Shown: positions 51,301 to 64,000 of the stretch, piece after piece
Numbering within the stretch: the stretch's first letter is position 1
Layout of the letters: every line of letters starts with the position of its first letter
The notes under the pieces: model-generated
What the model was told of the DNA's origin: nothing
Databases searched by the model: none
What the model saw: only the letters and a program-made list of their open reading frames with translations
Made by a program: the position numbers and the translations under genes
From: Nemertoderma westbladi
Taxonomy: Eukaryota > Animalia > Xenacoelomorpha
Assembly: GCA_032718475.1 (NCBI GenBank)
Contig: JAUCBJ010007513.1
Location: 66,515-130,514 of the forward strand
Reading direction: 5' to 3'
Length of the DNA: 64,000 nucleotides

Positions 51301-54300
51301 AACGGCAGATTACTATGTAGGTGTGTTGTCCACCCCCCAGGATAAGTTAGGAGCACAAGGTATAAGGTCGGTAAAAATGGTGGCTATAAAGAACTTCGCT
51401 ACTACTCAAGCAGACCTTTATAATTGGGACGAGGATGAGAGCATCCAACATCTTAAGATACCTCGATTCCAGACAGATTATCCTGGAGTGCAAATACTCA
51501 TCGGCCAAAACGCGCATGAGGCGCTCGAAACATTGGAGAAACGGCCTGCTCAACCACAGCCACTGCAAACCTATGCGGTAAGAACTAGAGTAGGTTGGTA
51601 CTTTACTGGCCCTTCCCGCAGGACTCTCGAAGAGAGAATGCCACAAGAACAAACATACCAAGTAAACGATTGGGAAGTGGAGAGCAGTGAGGTGGACGAA
51701 CTAACTGAGGGAACACCATACTCCTCAGATAATGACGACATCTACCAACTCTTCGATGAAGAGAACACAATCGACCTACTTACAGAAAACCAAACTTGGA
51801 AAAATCAGGTGAACCTATGTCAACTGATTCGCCCATCGGAACCCATCGCTTACAATGACGAACTAAACGATGAGATAGAGCGCTACAACGCTAGAACTCG
51901 GGACGAACTAGCCGTACGATTCTTTACTCAAGAACTGGTAGAGCCTAATTCATATGATAAGGCCCTATCGATAGAAGAAGAAAGAGCCAAGCAAATCCAG
52001 GAAACAACTACACGTTTTTTAAAGGACCAAGGTAGATATGAAATCGGCCTACCATTTCGAAAACGAGAACCTAGATTTATAAATAACAGACCCTTGGCAG
52101 AGAAAATAATCGCTCAATTACATCGACGCCTTACGGCTAATGCTTCAGCTAAAGAAATGTACCAAACTCAGCTGAAGAAATTTATAACAAAGGGATACGC
52201 GGAGCGAGTACCGGAAGGAACACCAGTGACTGAGAGAACGTATTACTTAACACATCATTACGTTCCCAAACCCGGTAAACCCCACGAAGTACGAGTCGTA
52301 TTCGATGGCTCCGCCCTATATATGGGCCAATCCCTCAATTCCGAGTTGTTACCAGGACCCAACTTACTCCAATCTTTGTTGGGAATACTTTTAAGATTAA
52401 GACAATATTCCATCGCGTTCGCCTCAGATATAGAAGGAATGTTCTTACAAGTCAAGGCGCTGGATAGAGATAGAGACAGCCTGAGATTTCTGTGGTGGCC
52501 TGAAGGAGACCTCAATCAGAAACCGGTAGAGTACTGGATGACCATCCAGGCTTTTGGAATCATATCAAGCCCTTCCAACGCCTGCTCCGTGGTGCGAACC
52601 ACTGCGAATGACAACTGAGACTCCTTCTCAAAAGAAGTGATAGACAACATAAAACGCAATATATACATGGACGACAATTTAAGGTCCCTTCCATCAGTAG
52701 AAGAAGCCATAGCTGTCGCGAAAGGAACGGTAGAGTGTTTGAAAAGAGGTGGATTTCGACTGACGAAATTCACTAGCAACTCCCGTGAGTTTCTGGAAGC
52801 CATACCGGTAGAAGACCGAGGAACGAAAGACCTAGACTTAATAAAGGACGATCTTCCTGAAACCAAGACGCTAGGCTTGAAGTGGGACACTGAAAGATAC
52901 ATCCTGTTTTTTCAGTTAAAACAGCGAGATAATCCAGTTCAGACCAAACGGATTTGTTTAAGTATCCTGAGCACTTATTTCGACCCATTGGGATTTATTA
53001 GCCCAGTTATATTTATTGCTCGGAGTTTAGTACAACAAATGTGGCTTGAAAACCACTCATGGGACGATCCGCTTAAGGGAGAATTGTTAAAGAAATGGAT
53101 GAAATGGGAAGATTCTCTACCTGCCATCGAGAACTTTATAATTTCCCGTGCATATTTTGGCCATGTTCTTCCTACGTATTCTTATCAACTCCATGTGTTT
53201 GGAGACGCCAGCGACATGGGAATAGGTATAGTAGCATATCTGCGAGTCGAAACCCCGGATGGAATCAAAGTCGCCTTGGTTACCTCTAAGGCATTGATTA
53301 ACAACAAGTTAAAGGTTCCTCGAGCGGAGTTAAAGGCGGCTATATACGCTACAGCCATCGGCCGGAACGTAACGGAACAAATCGACTATCCACTGGAGAA
53401 AACGGTTTATTGGACCGACGCTTTACTCGTGTTGGAGTATCTAACCAATGAAGTCTGTCAGTTCAGCGTTTTTGTTACTAACAGAGTAGCTATTATTCTT
53501 AGTCGCACAAAGATAGATCAATGGAGACATTGCCCTGGTACGATTAATCCAGCCGATATCGCCTCCAGGGGAGCAACTCCACAGGAACTGATAGATACTC
53601 CAGATTGGTTGGGTGGACCCGACTTCCTGAGCAAGGAAGAGGATGAATGGCCTCCTCACCTTACTACGGCAGAGATTAGACAAGCCAAGGGAGTGGAGAC
53701 AGTCAAACCTAAAACCTGGGCGAGTAAATCGAAGTTATTTAAACCGACTATCGATCTATCTGTATTACACACTTCCGGGAATGATGCTTCGGATCCACAA
53801 TCCCTCAACACAAATAAGTCTGTTGTGGAAATTAGAGATAGAGATTGGAAATCTGGAATACCAGACGTCTCGCAAGGAATCTCACCCATGCTGCAGAGAG
53901 CAATGCATCATTACAGTTCCTGGAATCGGCTCTGTAAAGCCGTCACATATTTAAGACGATGTTTTCATCATCACTACTCCAGGACGAAGACCACTAGTGA
54001 TAACGCTCCATTGACATCTGCACAAGTTCATGTTATTAAAAATTTACCCAAATATAAGACATCTGACCGTTTTCTAAAGGAGAAAATTAGTCACCAGGAG
54101 CATGAAGAAACCAATAAGCAGATACTGAGACTCCTGCAATGCTATGAGGATTCCGAAAAGTATTTCCTGTTGTTGAGAAATCCGCAGATGCGCTTAAGGG
54201 ATCGATTCTCGAGCACAATGATAGATGGGCTAATACGTGTTGGAGGAAGACTCACCAATGCGCCCTTATCCTTTGACACCAAATTCCCCATACTTATTAG

Positions 54301-55561
54301 AAATCTTGAAGTACAAATCAAGATGATTGTAGATGTTCACAGTAAACTTTATCATGCTGGTAGAGAACGAATTCTTAGCGAAATTCGAACTCGCTATTAT
54401 TTTGATAAACCCCGTAGAGCTCTGAACCAAGTTCTTAGGAACTGCATACCCTGTAGGAAAGCATTCAGTAGGCCTTTAACACAGCGAGAGGCAGAATTAC
54501 CTAGGGAACGAGTAAGCTTCTATGAACCACCTTTTACTAATACTGGTGTAGATTTATTTGGCCCTATTGAAGTATATCGTGCTAGGACTATAGTCAAGAG
54601 ATGATGTGTCATCTTCGTGTGCATGACTTGTAGAGCCATCCATCTCGATATGGTGAACGATCTATCTACCAACAGCTTCGTCTTAAGTTTACGACGACAG
54701 ATCGCTCGCTTCGGGACGAGTAATACCATGAGATCGGATAAGGGAACGAACTTCATTGGTGCCAACAACGAAATACAGGCTTACGTGAAGGACTGGAACC
54801 AAAGACAGGTGGACGACCAGCTAAGGATAACAGCGTCTAGCTGGACCTTCAATGCCGCCGGCGCCCCTTGGTGGGGAGGAAGTTGGGAGAGATTAATTCG
54901 AAGTGTCAAAACCGCATTTCACTTTATAGTGCCATGCCGCGCGTATCTCACCGACGAACTTTTGCGGACATTAATGGAGGAAATCGCTGCCTATCTCAAC
55001 GAGAGACCGCTTATGCCAGTCTCATCGAGTCCCGATTCCCTGGAAGCGCTAACACCCGCGCACTTCCTACTGAAGAAACCTGTAGCCATGCTCCCACGAT
55101 CGGAGATTGCCGACGGAGACGAATACTGCCGTCGAACTTGGCAACTTATGCAGTTGCTATCCCGTCGTTTCGCTGACCATTTCAAGAAACATTATCTGCC
55201 CACGCTACAACTTCGAACTAAGTGGTTTGCGCAGCAAGAAAACGTCAGCGCCGGAGATATGGTGCTTATTGTAGATCCAGACCTTGGCATACGGTGATCT
55301 GACAAACGGTGGCAGACAGGTCGTATCATCGAGACCCACATCTCGGACGATGGTTTAGTACGCTCGGTAGAACTCATCGTCATGCGGCGTAACTTCAAGA
55401 AGCCAGGCATAATCTTTGAGACGCAACAACTCAATCGCCCAGTTGGTCGTTTATGTTTACTGGAAAGAGACAGAGAACTCTCCGGAAACTATGGAAGGCA
55501 AGACACTCTTCCCACGACCACCTCCCTAATTCCTCAAACATCTAGGGACTCCCCAACGTGA
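48332..55561 (+). pseudogene. Copy B gag-pol, including the RNase H and integrase missing from A; disabled
   Basis: ~0.9-kb gag deletion at ~49668 relative to A, stops at 50256, 52616, 54602 and 55295, and a frameshift in the protease motif at ~51171. Integrase motifs HSKLYH..CIPC, VDLFGP, SDKGTNF, WERLI. Confidence 0.93.
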
Positions 55562-56104
55562 TACGTCTGGAGTGGGTGTATGATTACATTATTTTACCTA
55601 TTTTATTATATTTTTATATGCGAACTTTATTATGTACTTTATTATAATCGTTTTTATTCAATTTTATTTAGTAGAATGTTATTTTAGTGATTATTTAGTA
55701 GATTAGTGCAATATATTAGTGTTTATTACGTACGTAATTACTTATAATATATATTTAGTGCGACGGCGAGAAATAATTTTTCTCTTTCCTTACTGTCCGT
55801 ATCACATTATAAATACGTGACTACAGTAAGATGAAATGTCCGTACTTCTTAAAGTACAATAAAGCCACTACTATATTCAAGTGTTATTGGTAGGCAGAGT
55901 ATTAGGAATGCAAAGTTCAGATCCTCGTGTCTCGGCTAAACCAAGCTCTGGGTAGACCTTGGAAACGACTTGCCTCTTCACACTGACATTGCTTCGTGCG
56001 ATATTGCTCTTCTACCTTATATTAAATAATACTTATAGTAGCGTGATGTCCTTCTAACAGTAGCGTAAAACGCAAATAAACCTGTTAAACCTTTTGACCA
56101 TCTG

Positions 56105-56390
56105 TAATTCTAGTCGATTAAGATATCGCGGCACCCACCGATATACTTGAAAGACCAATTCTAGAATCAGTGGTTAACGTCCCCAGACAAGCTCTGGAAT
56201 AAATCGGTGCCCATCTTAAATATTAATTTAATATTTATTAAAATCTGTAAAATTCAGATCCGTTAACAATTCTAGTCGATTAAGATGTCGTAGCACTTAC
56301 CGATACTCTTAAAAGACAAATTTCATAGAATTAAGGATCCTATGTCCCCAGACCTGCTCTGGAATCAAATTGTGTCAATTATTAACATCA
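56105..56390. repeat. ~160-bp degenerate tandem duplication in the pol/accessory spacer of B
   Basis: AATTCTAGTCGATTAAGAT...GTCCCCAGAC..GCTCTGGAAT occurs at ~56106 and ~56268. Confidence 0.75.
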
Positions 56391-57185
56391 AATAATAAAA
56401 TTCACGGGAATAAATTTAAATTCATATTTTAAATGAATTTCATAAATTGTCATTTTGTACAATTTATAACATTCCCAAAATTCCATTAATTAATAGATCA
56501 TGGGAGCGGAGATTCATCTTATTGAGTGTATTAGAGTGCGAGAATCTCCAACATATAGTCAATAGCCGATAAAATTAATAAAATCATGCATAAAGAGGAT
56601 ATTGACAATTAAAGAATTATTATTAAATAGCATCCCAGATCTGTATGCATGAGAATTACCCTAATTCTACCCCTAGCATTCCATAATGTCACCATAGCAA
56701 CACCCACGCTAGAATTAGAAGCAAGTTAAAAGAACAATAGAAAGCTTGTCCCATTGCCTAGCATAGAGAATATAGCACACTGCTAGTATCCAAGGATACA
56801 CAGTAATAACGTGACATTCTGGAAGGCACTGACTAACGGACAAATGGCCTGTATGTGTGCAGTTGGTGACAGTTGTGTGGAATTTGTGCGTTTATAGGTG
56901 AATGTTACTGCTAAAGTATGTTTACAGTAGCTAGTCGCAATTGTAAAAGTAGCCCAACTCTCCTATAGAAAGAACCTAAGTGGATCCAAGCCTTTGGGAC
57001 GGACAGTGGAGTGACTTGTGCCGGTTATCGTTGTCGTGCTGTTGCTACATGTTGGCGTAAACACCGCGACGACGGTACATCGGCGCTGAGAATCCCACTG
57101 TCCGGGGGCAAAGAGAAGTAGGCAGCGACGCCCGCTCGCCTAAAATATAAACTTAGTTGGATATTAATAAACTCAGATAGCAGAT

Positions 57186-59597
57186 ATGACGGAGTTGATA
57201 GAAGATGATCTTGGTATTAGGGAGCGATATACTCTACCTTTACAAGCATTTGTGGATAGCTTAATACGCGGTGAAGCCGATCCAACCATTACGGAGGACG
57301 ATGGTCGTTATATCGAACCGCCGATGTCCCAAGAGCAACTTGCGCGTGAATTGGACTATCGAAAATTCACCACTCGCTATACGAATCGTAATGGTACGTA
57401 TATGGACTTCTTAACGACCGGCCATCCTATCGATTTACATGATACGGACGATGTAGATACAGAGAGGGAAATGGTTCTATTTAAATATCATACCCAGCGG
57501 AGTCGTAACGATAAACCGAGAATAGATCACGAAAATTCTATTCGTAATAGACTGGAAAGAGAAAACGTTGAAGAACCGGATAAACGCATCGACTTCAACG
57601 AATACCTAGAATTTTTGAGAGAAACCTATCTCAACATCGCTAGTCAGCAGAACTTAGAGACTCGATATCCTCAAGGTATACATCACGACCCTGTGGTAGA
57701 ACTCAAACGGCTCTATTTCACTATGATGTATCTTACCGCCGATCGTCCACTACCTGTTATCCCGGATAGTTTTGAACAAATGGAAGAATACTGCAAAACT
57801 GGAGAACGATCACCCGCGTTTCCTCTACAGGACGTACGTCTTTGGTATTATTGTGACGAATGCCCTAGACCCAACCAACAAACTGAAAGACATAAACATC
57901 CGCGGAGACGTTGCGCTAAACACAGCTTTACGCGTTACACTTACGGGAGTTTCGAGCGAAACCTGTTCGACATACCACCTACGATCGCTCGTCTTAAACG
58001 ATCACTGAATAAACCCATGATCAGAGTTCCGGAATACTCGGTCAGGCCTCCTCATTCCCTAGTGAGACCTCAAACTCTTGATCCTAACAGTATCACTGAT
58101 CCTCCCGAACTATATTCCCTGTTCAAAGACTTAGTGTTACCCGAACAATTAATCGGTGGTGCTCCGGTAGTGGGTTCGTTAGACATCCGCCCATCCTACT
58201 TAGCCGGATTGGGACGCGGGCAGCTAATATCGCCCTTTGATCCTTACAATCGTCCAGGATTAAACCCGATGCAACCCGCCACGGAAGTCGAGGAGAGCGT
58301 TATAAGAAACGCTTTAGACGCCATTCGACAGAAAATCGGAAAGGGAACACAAGATTGTTTAGAGAAACGTAAATTACAACAACAAGTCCAATCGGTGAAG
58401 GAGTTAGCCTTGCCACAGTTCGATAGAGAAATCCAAAACCTCGAGGAAGACATCGAGCTTGGACGCACGTATTCTCTACAAGAATTTTTAGATGAACGCT
58501 TACAGAGACAAGCGGAAGAAAATCTACTCGAAGAGAAACACACGAAACTGGAAGAGAGAGAGGAAGCCGCTTTAGCCCAACCGGAAGCTCAAATCCTCAT
58601 GACGGACCTCTACTCTAAAACCGTTCGTCATCCCTCGATGATTCCACATTTCGGGGACAAGCTCTTCGCGACGATACAACCTCAACCGGTTGATATCAGT
58701 ACAGGATCGCAAAATCTTATCGCTGACGCCCCTATGTTACAGCGTCCGCCGATCGAGGCCGCTCGTGTTGACGGTATACTCGTTGAACCTCCGGACAATC
58801 GAGCGGATCTTGTCCGTCGTATGGTACACGATGTCAACATACGCGCTAGACCTTTACAGAACTCGTTTTATGGGATTAAAGACCACCCTTATTACGTTAA
58901 TCTGACTCAATATTATATGGTAAAACCAGAAGACCCGACACATAATTTAAAGTTTCTACCACTAATAAATCCTCTAGACATTGTCGAACTCGAACAATTG
59001 CAGAAACATCTGGATCAGTTAGTAAAGGTAAACTCATTCAGAAAACCATATAACATTTCTCGAATCGAGAAAGATATAGAACCTCCTTATAATCTCGATG
59101 GATTTATTAAAACTCGATTAGTCCATTGGAATCTAGATGTATTATTTGAAGAAGAGAAAATACAAAGATATGGAAATGTGGAGACGTATACCACTCGGCA
59201 CATGAAGTATAGTGATCTCCCTGACACTAACCAATGCGCCACCTTGTGGCATCCAGTAGGGATGACCCTAGAGAACGCCACCAAGGAGTGGAATGAAACT
59301 CTTAATGTTATTGAGATGTATGGAGTTGTCACCTACGATAATGAAGGTAGCGTTCCGGTCGGAGAACTAGGAACTACGCGCATGATTCACATACGCGGAT
59401 TAGCTGGTTCTACCCACGTGTTTACTCGAGCGTGTTCCGACGTGATTGATTATTCCTTTGAAACTCTCACCGAAACACAAAAGAATCTCCGACATGGACA
59501 ATTCGAACTCGCGCAGCGTTACGTCATTGACACCGAACGCAAACCGGCCATGGGCATCGATGTTACCCCAGCCCGTACTCGAGATGTTATTCAATGA
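57186..59597 (+). CDS. Bel/Pao accessory ORF X1, 803 aa, unknown function (Cys/His motif, coiled coil; no signal peptide or TM segment)
   Basis: Long open frame inside the LTR-bounded element. YYCDECPR...HKHPRRRC; coiled coil around LEKRKLQQQVQ...KLEEREE. The N-terminus is conserved in copy A. Confidence 0.85.
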   Translation: MTELIEDDLGIRERYTLPLQAFVDSLIRGEADPTITEDDGRYIEPPMSQEQLARELDYRKFTTRYTNRNGTYMDFLTTGHPIDLHDTDDVDTEREMVLFKYHTQRSRNDKPRIDHENSIRNRLERENVEEPDKRIDFNEYLEFLRETYLNIASQQNLETRYPQGIHHDPVVELKRLYFTMMYLTADRPLPVIPDSFEQMEEYCKTGERSPAFPLQDVRLWYYCDECPRPNQQTERHKHPRRRCAKHSFTRYTYGSFERNLFDIPPTIARLKRSLNKPMIRVPEYSVRPPHSLVRPQTLDPNSITDPPELYSLFKDLVLPEQLIGGAPVVGSLDIRPSYLAGLGRGQLISPFDPYNRPGLNPMQPATEVEESVIRNALDAIRQKIGKGTQDCLEKRKLQQQVQSVKELALPQFDREIQNLEEDIELGRTYSLQEFLDERLQRQAEENLLEEKHTKLEEREEAALAQPEAQILMTDLYSKTVRHPSMIPHFGDKLFATIQPQPVDISTGSQNLIADAPMLQRPPIEAARVDGILVEPPDNRADLVRRMVHDVNIRARPLQNSFYGIKDHPYYVNLTQYYMVKPEDPTHNLKFLPLINPLDIVELEQLQKHLDQLVKVNSFRKPYNISRIEKDIEPPYNLDGFIKTRLVHWNLDVLFEEEKIQRYGNVETYTTRHMKYSDLPDTNQCATLWHPVGMTLENATKEWNETLNVIEMYGVVTYDNEGSVPVGELGTTRMIHIRGLAGSTHVFTRACSDVIDYSFETLTETQKNLRHGQFELAQRYVIDTERKPAMGIDVTPARTRDVIQ

Positions 59598-61431
59598 AAG
59601 AATCCTTAAGATCGGCTCAGCTGTTTATGGAGATCTCCAAAACGACTTTCGGAATATGGAGAACATTCCATACCCTTTCGTTGATACTCAGCTGATTGCC
59701 CCCTGGGCAGTAGGTCGAGGTTTCTTCCGCACCATGTATGCTAATACGTCTAGCAACATTACAAAGGTGCAACGAACTTCCATCGGACATCTTGCCTTTC
59801 AGGAATACGGATGGAATTTCAAAGTCGGAAATCCCATTAACTATCAACAAGTATACGGAGACCATTATTCTCGATTATACTTTGATGGACCATTGACCGC
59901 ACCTGGTGCCGTGTATAGCTTCATGAGTGTTCCACTCCGTCCCTCCTTAGCTATATACACGATCTTTGAAAACACAGCACTTGCCGGTTGGCTAGCCGAT
60001 GTGTGCAGTCGTACTATACGCGCCCATCCATTAATACTTGGGACCAAACTCGCTAAGCTAGATGAACATAATAAATTCATCCATTTCGAATGTTTCCGGC
60101 GATTTTTAACCCCGTTCCGCAACGTGGATAGCCAATTTAAAGACCGCGCTTTGACCAAGCTCAGCCTAAGAAACTCAGCTGCAGAGAAGTTGGATAGCGC
60201 TGGATTCGCCGTTTTCCAAGAGATTTGTATATCGAACTTGCACTCTTCTGTTATACAAAGACCTCGAATCCCCACAGGTTATTCTGTCGTGGAAATTCAG
60301 ACAATAGGTCCACCTGAAGAGACAGACGCGCCCACTTCAGCTATGCACTTGGAAGACGAACCAATATGTCTAGAATCTGAAGAGATTCAGCCTATCGCGC
60401 CCCGGAACAGCGACAACGATTACATCATAGAATGGTATCAAGGTCCACAGTGTCTCACTGCGTACGATTATCGACATGCCAACTATGTTTCTAGGCAACG
60501 TTGTCGGTTATGCGCATCGAGAGACCACGATACGCCCATGGACACCAACGTCCGCTGTTCCTATTTCCAAGAACAACCGACTATGGAAATTTATTGCGCA
60601 TATTGCAGACTCAATAACTTGCATATCTTTGCGGTTTGCCCTCAATTTATGACTCAATGTCACCATTGTCAACTAAAGGGACATGCCAGTTTCGATTGCC
60701 CTTTTAATCACGATTTGGAAAGCGTAGATGAAATGATCATACTACGTTACATCAGAGCTTGGGAAGCGTACGCTGATTTACATTGTGATTCGCGCCATCG
60801 CTATTATCCCGGACGCGCTTACGAAGGAGTTTATGCGTTCCATCCTTATCTATTCGCTTCGGTTGAACAGAAATCACGCATATCAAGTTACGAGCTACTG
60901 AAGCGCGTTGGAGAATGTATTTCAACCAAATTCGTACGCAAATTTCTCAGGAGTGTTAATCCTAGCGACCTTCATTCCTATAACTTAATCAATTATATCC
61001 GTCAGGATCCGGACTATGGAGACTTGTTTGTTAACTCACACCCCGAGTTACAGGAAGTATATCGACGGCCTTACGAATACCGAGCCCGCGAACGCGAGTT
61101 GGAAAGGACCATTAAACCCCGGAGGTTTCTAACTGCCTATGGTCCACCCACGGCCCTCGTTCAGACCACTCGTAAATGACCCGTAAGAGCGGCTGTCTTG
61201 AAACGAGCTCTCAAAGCCGTTAGACCCCTCTCCCCGGACGTTGATGTCAATCAACCCGGTACTTCGACTGGCGGATACACCGACCATAATCCTACACCCT
61301 CTGATGCAATCATATTGCACCCTTCACCCAGGAGTTATAGCCCTCCTTGTAAAGTGGCTCGCCCCAAAGAGAAAAGGACTCTGGCTAGCTTTAAGAAACT
61401 GCGTAAACGCCGTCCGCGCAAGAAAGACTAA
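59446..61431 (+). CDS. Bel/Pao accessory ORF X2: triple Zn-knuckle and basic C-terminal tail; one premature stop at 61177 in this copy
   Basis: CRLC..H..C, CAYCRLNNLHIFAVC, CHHCQLKGHASFDC (CX2CX4HX4C); ends KKLRKRRPRKKD. In the +1 frame relative to X1, with an ATG at 59584 just before the X1 stop. Confidence 0.85.
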
Positions 61432-61506
61432 CTGTTTAGAGTATTTACGTTTAGAAACTATGATTTTGAATATTTTATAGACTCAAATCCCATTTTCTGG
61501 GAGCGG

Positions 61507-62776
61507 TGTAAAAGCTTCTGTGGGATATAACTGGCCCTTTTGCTTCGCAATCCAGTTTCCCCCCTAGGCGCTGGAATACTCTAAAAGGCTCTATAACTAT
61601 ATATATATTCCCCTCGCCCGCAAGGTACCGTTATAGGTGTTTTAACAGACATAAAAGTCATTCTGCTATATACGTGTTTTGGCGGACATGGTAAGGCAAA
61701 AAACCTGCAATGCACCAAATACCTTTACACAGCTTAGCCTTGATGACTCAGATTACGACATCTAACAGCTGGTTGCTGACATGGGAACAGCCATTGGACA
61801 CGTAGTTCTTTGTTTAGCTTAAGCCAATCAGAGCGATTTTTTCTGTCGATGTGGAGATATTCAGCAGATCGTGCTAGTAGTGTTCAGTCTTACTGTTTTT
61901 TCTTGATACTGTTGTGTTGTTGCTATCTAGGCCAGGAACACCGGCTCTAGAGTCAATTCGTTTTCATACTTTAGAAGAAACATTAGTAGGCTTAAATTAT
62001 AGAGCGTATAACTGTTATCAATTCATCACATATCTTATCTAATCATATCAACTGATCGCAATTCAGTCTTACATTATCGGTTCAATATACATTATTATAC
62101 TGCTATTTACTATTGTTTGGTTGAATATTATTTGGAGAATATTTATAAAGAACCCAAATTTCCCAATTTTCTTGATACACTACAGGTTAGAGAGACGGGT
62201 TACATATAGCGATTGCGACTTATATTATTGTGGTTTGTAGTGAATTTAATGCTATTTGATAAGCACTACATGAATCCGTTGCTGTCTTCTTTATATATGA
62301 TAAAATTCATTGACGGTCGGCAAATTAGTGAGCAGTATTGTGTGTTACCGGTAGTGTGCATGATTGTGACTGATAACTAAGCATTTCCTAAAGAATGCGC
62401 CTCATACGTGAATCATAAGCCTTACCGACTTACCGTTGTGATTACCGTCATATCTCTGTTTACCTAGATAGAGCGCCACGTCCTAAAGGAACTGTTAATA
62501 TTTCCCGAAAGTAAATAATATTAGTCAGAAATTATTTATTAACGATCAATCGAATAATACAATACAGTAAGCTTACACTGCAATAATAATCTAAGCCCTC
62601 AGAATCCAGTCTCCCGGGTATATCCAGCGGGTGAAAGGACGCGCACTAGGCTGGCTTCTGCTAATGTTGTGTTTATTGGTATTAAATATTTGTCATCTTC
62701 TAAAGTCTATTTATAAACCAAAAGACATATAAATTTTGGCGGGTTAAACTGCTAAAGGTCTTCAAAAGCGCGTACA
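61507..62776 (+). repeat. 3' LTR of copy B (1270 bp)
   Basis: Direct repeat of 44822-46095, preceded by the short purine-rich GGGAGCGG and followed by the TSD. Confidence 0.96.
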
Positions 62777-64000
62777 CCTCCACTGGGCACTTCACCCTCA
62801 CTTATTTTTGATGGAATATTTTCCTCATCAGGCACATCCATATCCCGTTTATTGTTCGAGAAATCGGAATTCGACTCCACTGGATGTTTGATTATATCAA
62901 TATTGACGATTTTATCTCTATAACAATCGTGACCAATACGAATCGTTGTTTGGTTTATGATATTATCTAGAACAGTCCATCCAGCCACCCACTTTGTCAT
63001 ATTTTTTGGAGCTCTGCCTTCTCGGAGTAAATATACTGAATCTCCAATAGTGATCACATGTGGTGGTTTTAAATCCACGTTATCAAGGGTTGACATACAC
63101 TCTTCTAAGTAGTCTATTAATTTCGGATCTCTACTGTAGTTCTTCAACGTCCATCTAGATCCGCCGTCCAATAACGAATTTTGTCTCCAGTCCCAGCCGC
63201 ACATCGCTTTAGCTGGACTTATTAGTGTTGTTGTCGTCGGCCTATGCCGATAGAAATAAAGTAACATGTTAAGTTCCTTACTCCATTCTGTATTACAGCC
63301 AACAACTTTTCGCAGTAGGGTTAAGAATGTTCTATGGAATCGTTCAACCGCTCCTTGACTTTCTGGATGTCTTATAGCTCCACGACGCACATTAATTCCA
63401 AAATTATTATAAAGAACCCTGGTCATTTGATTCAACAATTCTTTTCCAGAATCTGTTCGAATAATCTCCGGTGGGCCCCACCTCTAACATATTTTAAAGA
63501 GTGCGTTTACAATACAATTGTGGTGGTAACTTTCTATTGGCTCTACTTCTACAAACTTTGATAATACATCAAACACTACCAGAAGTCCGACGACATATGT
63601 GGCGTCACCATAAATTTTTACACTATCCATTTGTGCAACCTGCCAAGGTCTGTCTGGGATTACCATCTGTGTACTGGGCACACTTCGTATTGGTTTCTTA
63701 GGGTTGGCTAATGAGCATTTTTCACAATGTTTAATTATTTCTTCACATTCAAAAGCCATATTTGGAAAATAGCACTCTCGTCTTAACAGTTCTCTCGTCG
63801 TTTTGTAACAAGGATGTCCATTTGATTCATGAGTTATTATTGCCTTGTCCACCAGTTTGCAAGGCATTACAGGAACACACAATATGTCATCTGGTGGTAC
63901 TTTCACCTTTCGGTACAACAGAAACAGGTCTAACAGGTGTAGTTATCTTATGTTCTTGTACTACAGGCAGCAATGGCAATTAATGATTCTGAGAGTACTC
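62777..64000 (-). pseudogene. Gypsy E integrase (HHCC + DDE) with one in-frame stop at 63484; the element continues off the window
   Basis: HESNGH...CEKC, PWQVAQMD, RTDSG, HPESQGAVERFHRT, in the domain context of Ty3/Gypsy integrases. Confidence 0.88.

Larger units (their letters stand above)
44822..62776 (+). mobile_element. Bel/Pao LTR retrotransposon copy B (17,955 bp), sister of A, inserted in the Gypsy E integrase
   Basis: LTRs 44822-46095 and 61507-62776. TSD CCTCC at 44817-44821 and 62777-62781. ~2.2-kb 5' UTR, gag-pol, ~1.6-kb spacer, ~4.2-kb accessory coding region. Confidence 0.97.

Noticed and set aside
60500-60705. Captured host nanos or CNBP gene
   Set aside because: The Cys/His spacing does not fit the Nanos CCHC pattern and only one finger is a canonical CX2CX4HX4C. 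Cannot be assigned without a profile search.
57186-61431. Accessory ORFs as an env gene
   Set aside because: No signal peptide or hydrophobic TM anchor is visible, and the C-terminus is a basic NLS-like tail.

Overview
Eukaryotic (invertebrate-like metazoan) genomic DNA, mostly nested retroelements, around a minus-strand spliced trypsin-like serine protease gene (three exons at 17.3-20.6 kb). Contents: (A) an internally deleted Bel/Pao LTR element (<1-16812, -) interrupted by (D) a young Mag-like Ty3/Gypsy element (2583-7634, TSD CGTAG); an APE-RT LINE (~20848-39290, -) whose ORF1 region encodes a Ulp1/C48 SUMO-protease-like domain, interrupted by (C) an unrelated Bel/Pao element (26656-39167, -); a DDE transposase fragment and small repeats; and (B) an ~18-kb sister copy of A (44822-62776, +, TSD CCTCC) inserted into the integrase of another Gypsy (E). 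Main finding: neither Bel/Pao family has a TGG tRNA primer-binding site. In both, the bases abutting the 5' LTR are the reverse complement of an internal LTR segment (a perfect 9-11 bp core plus an imperfect extension to about 35-40 nt), which suggests tRNA-independent self-priming. Both families also carry a non-env accessory ORF after pol with a related triple Zn-knuckle module, plus arrays of short palindromes in their UTRs. All comparisons were made by eye; no database searches were run.
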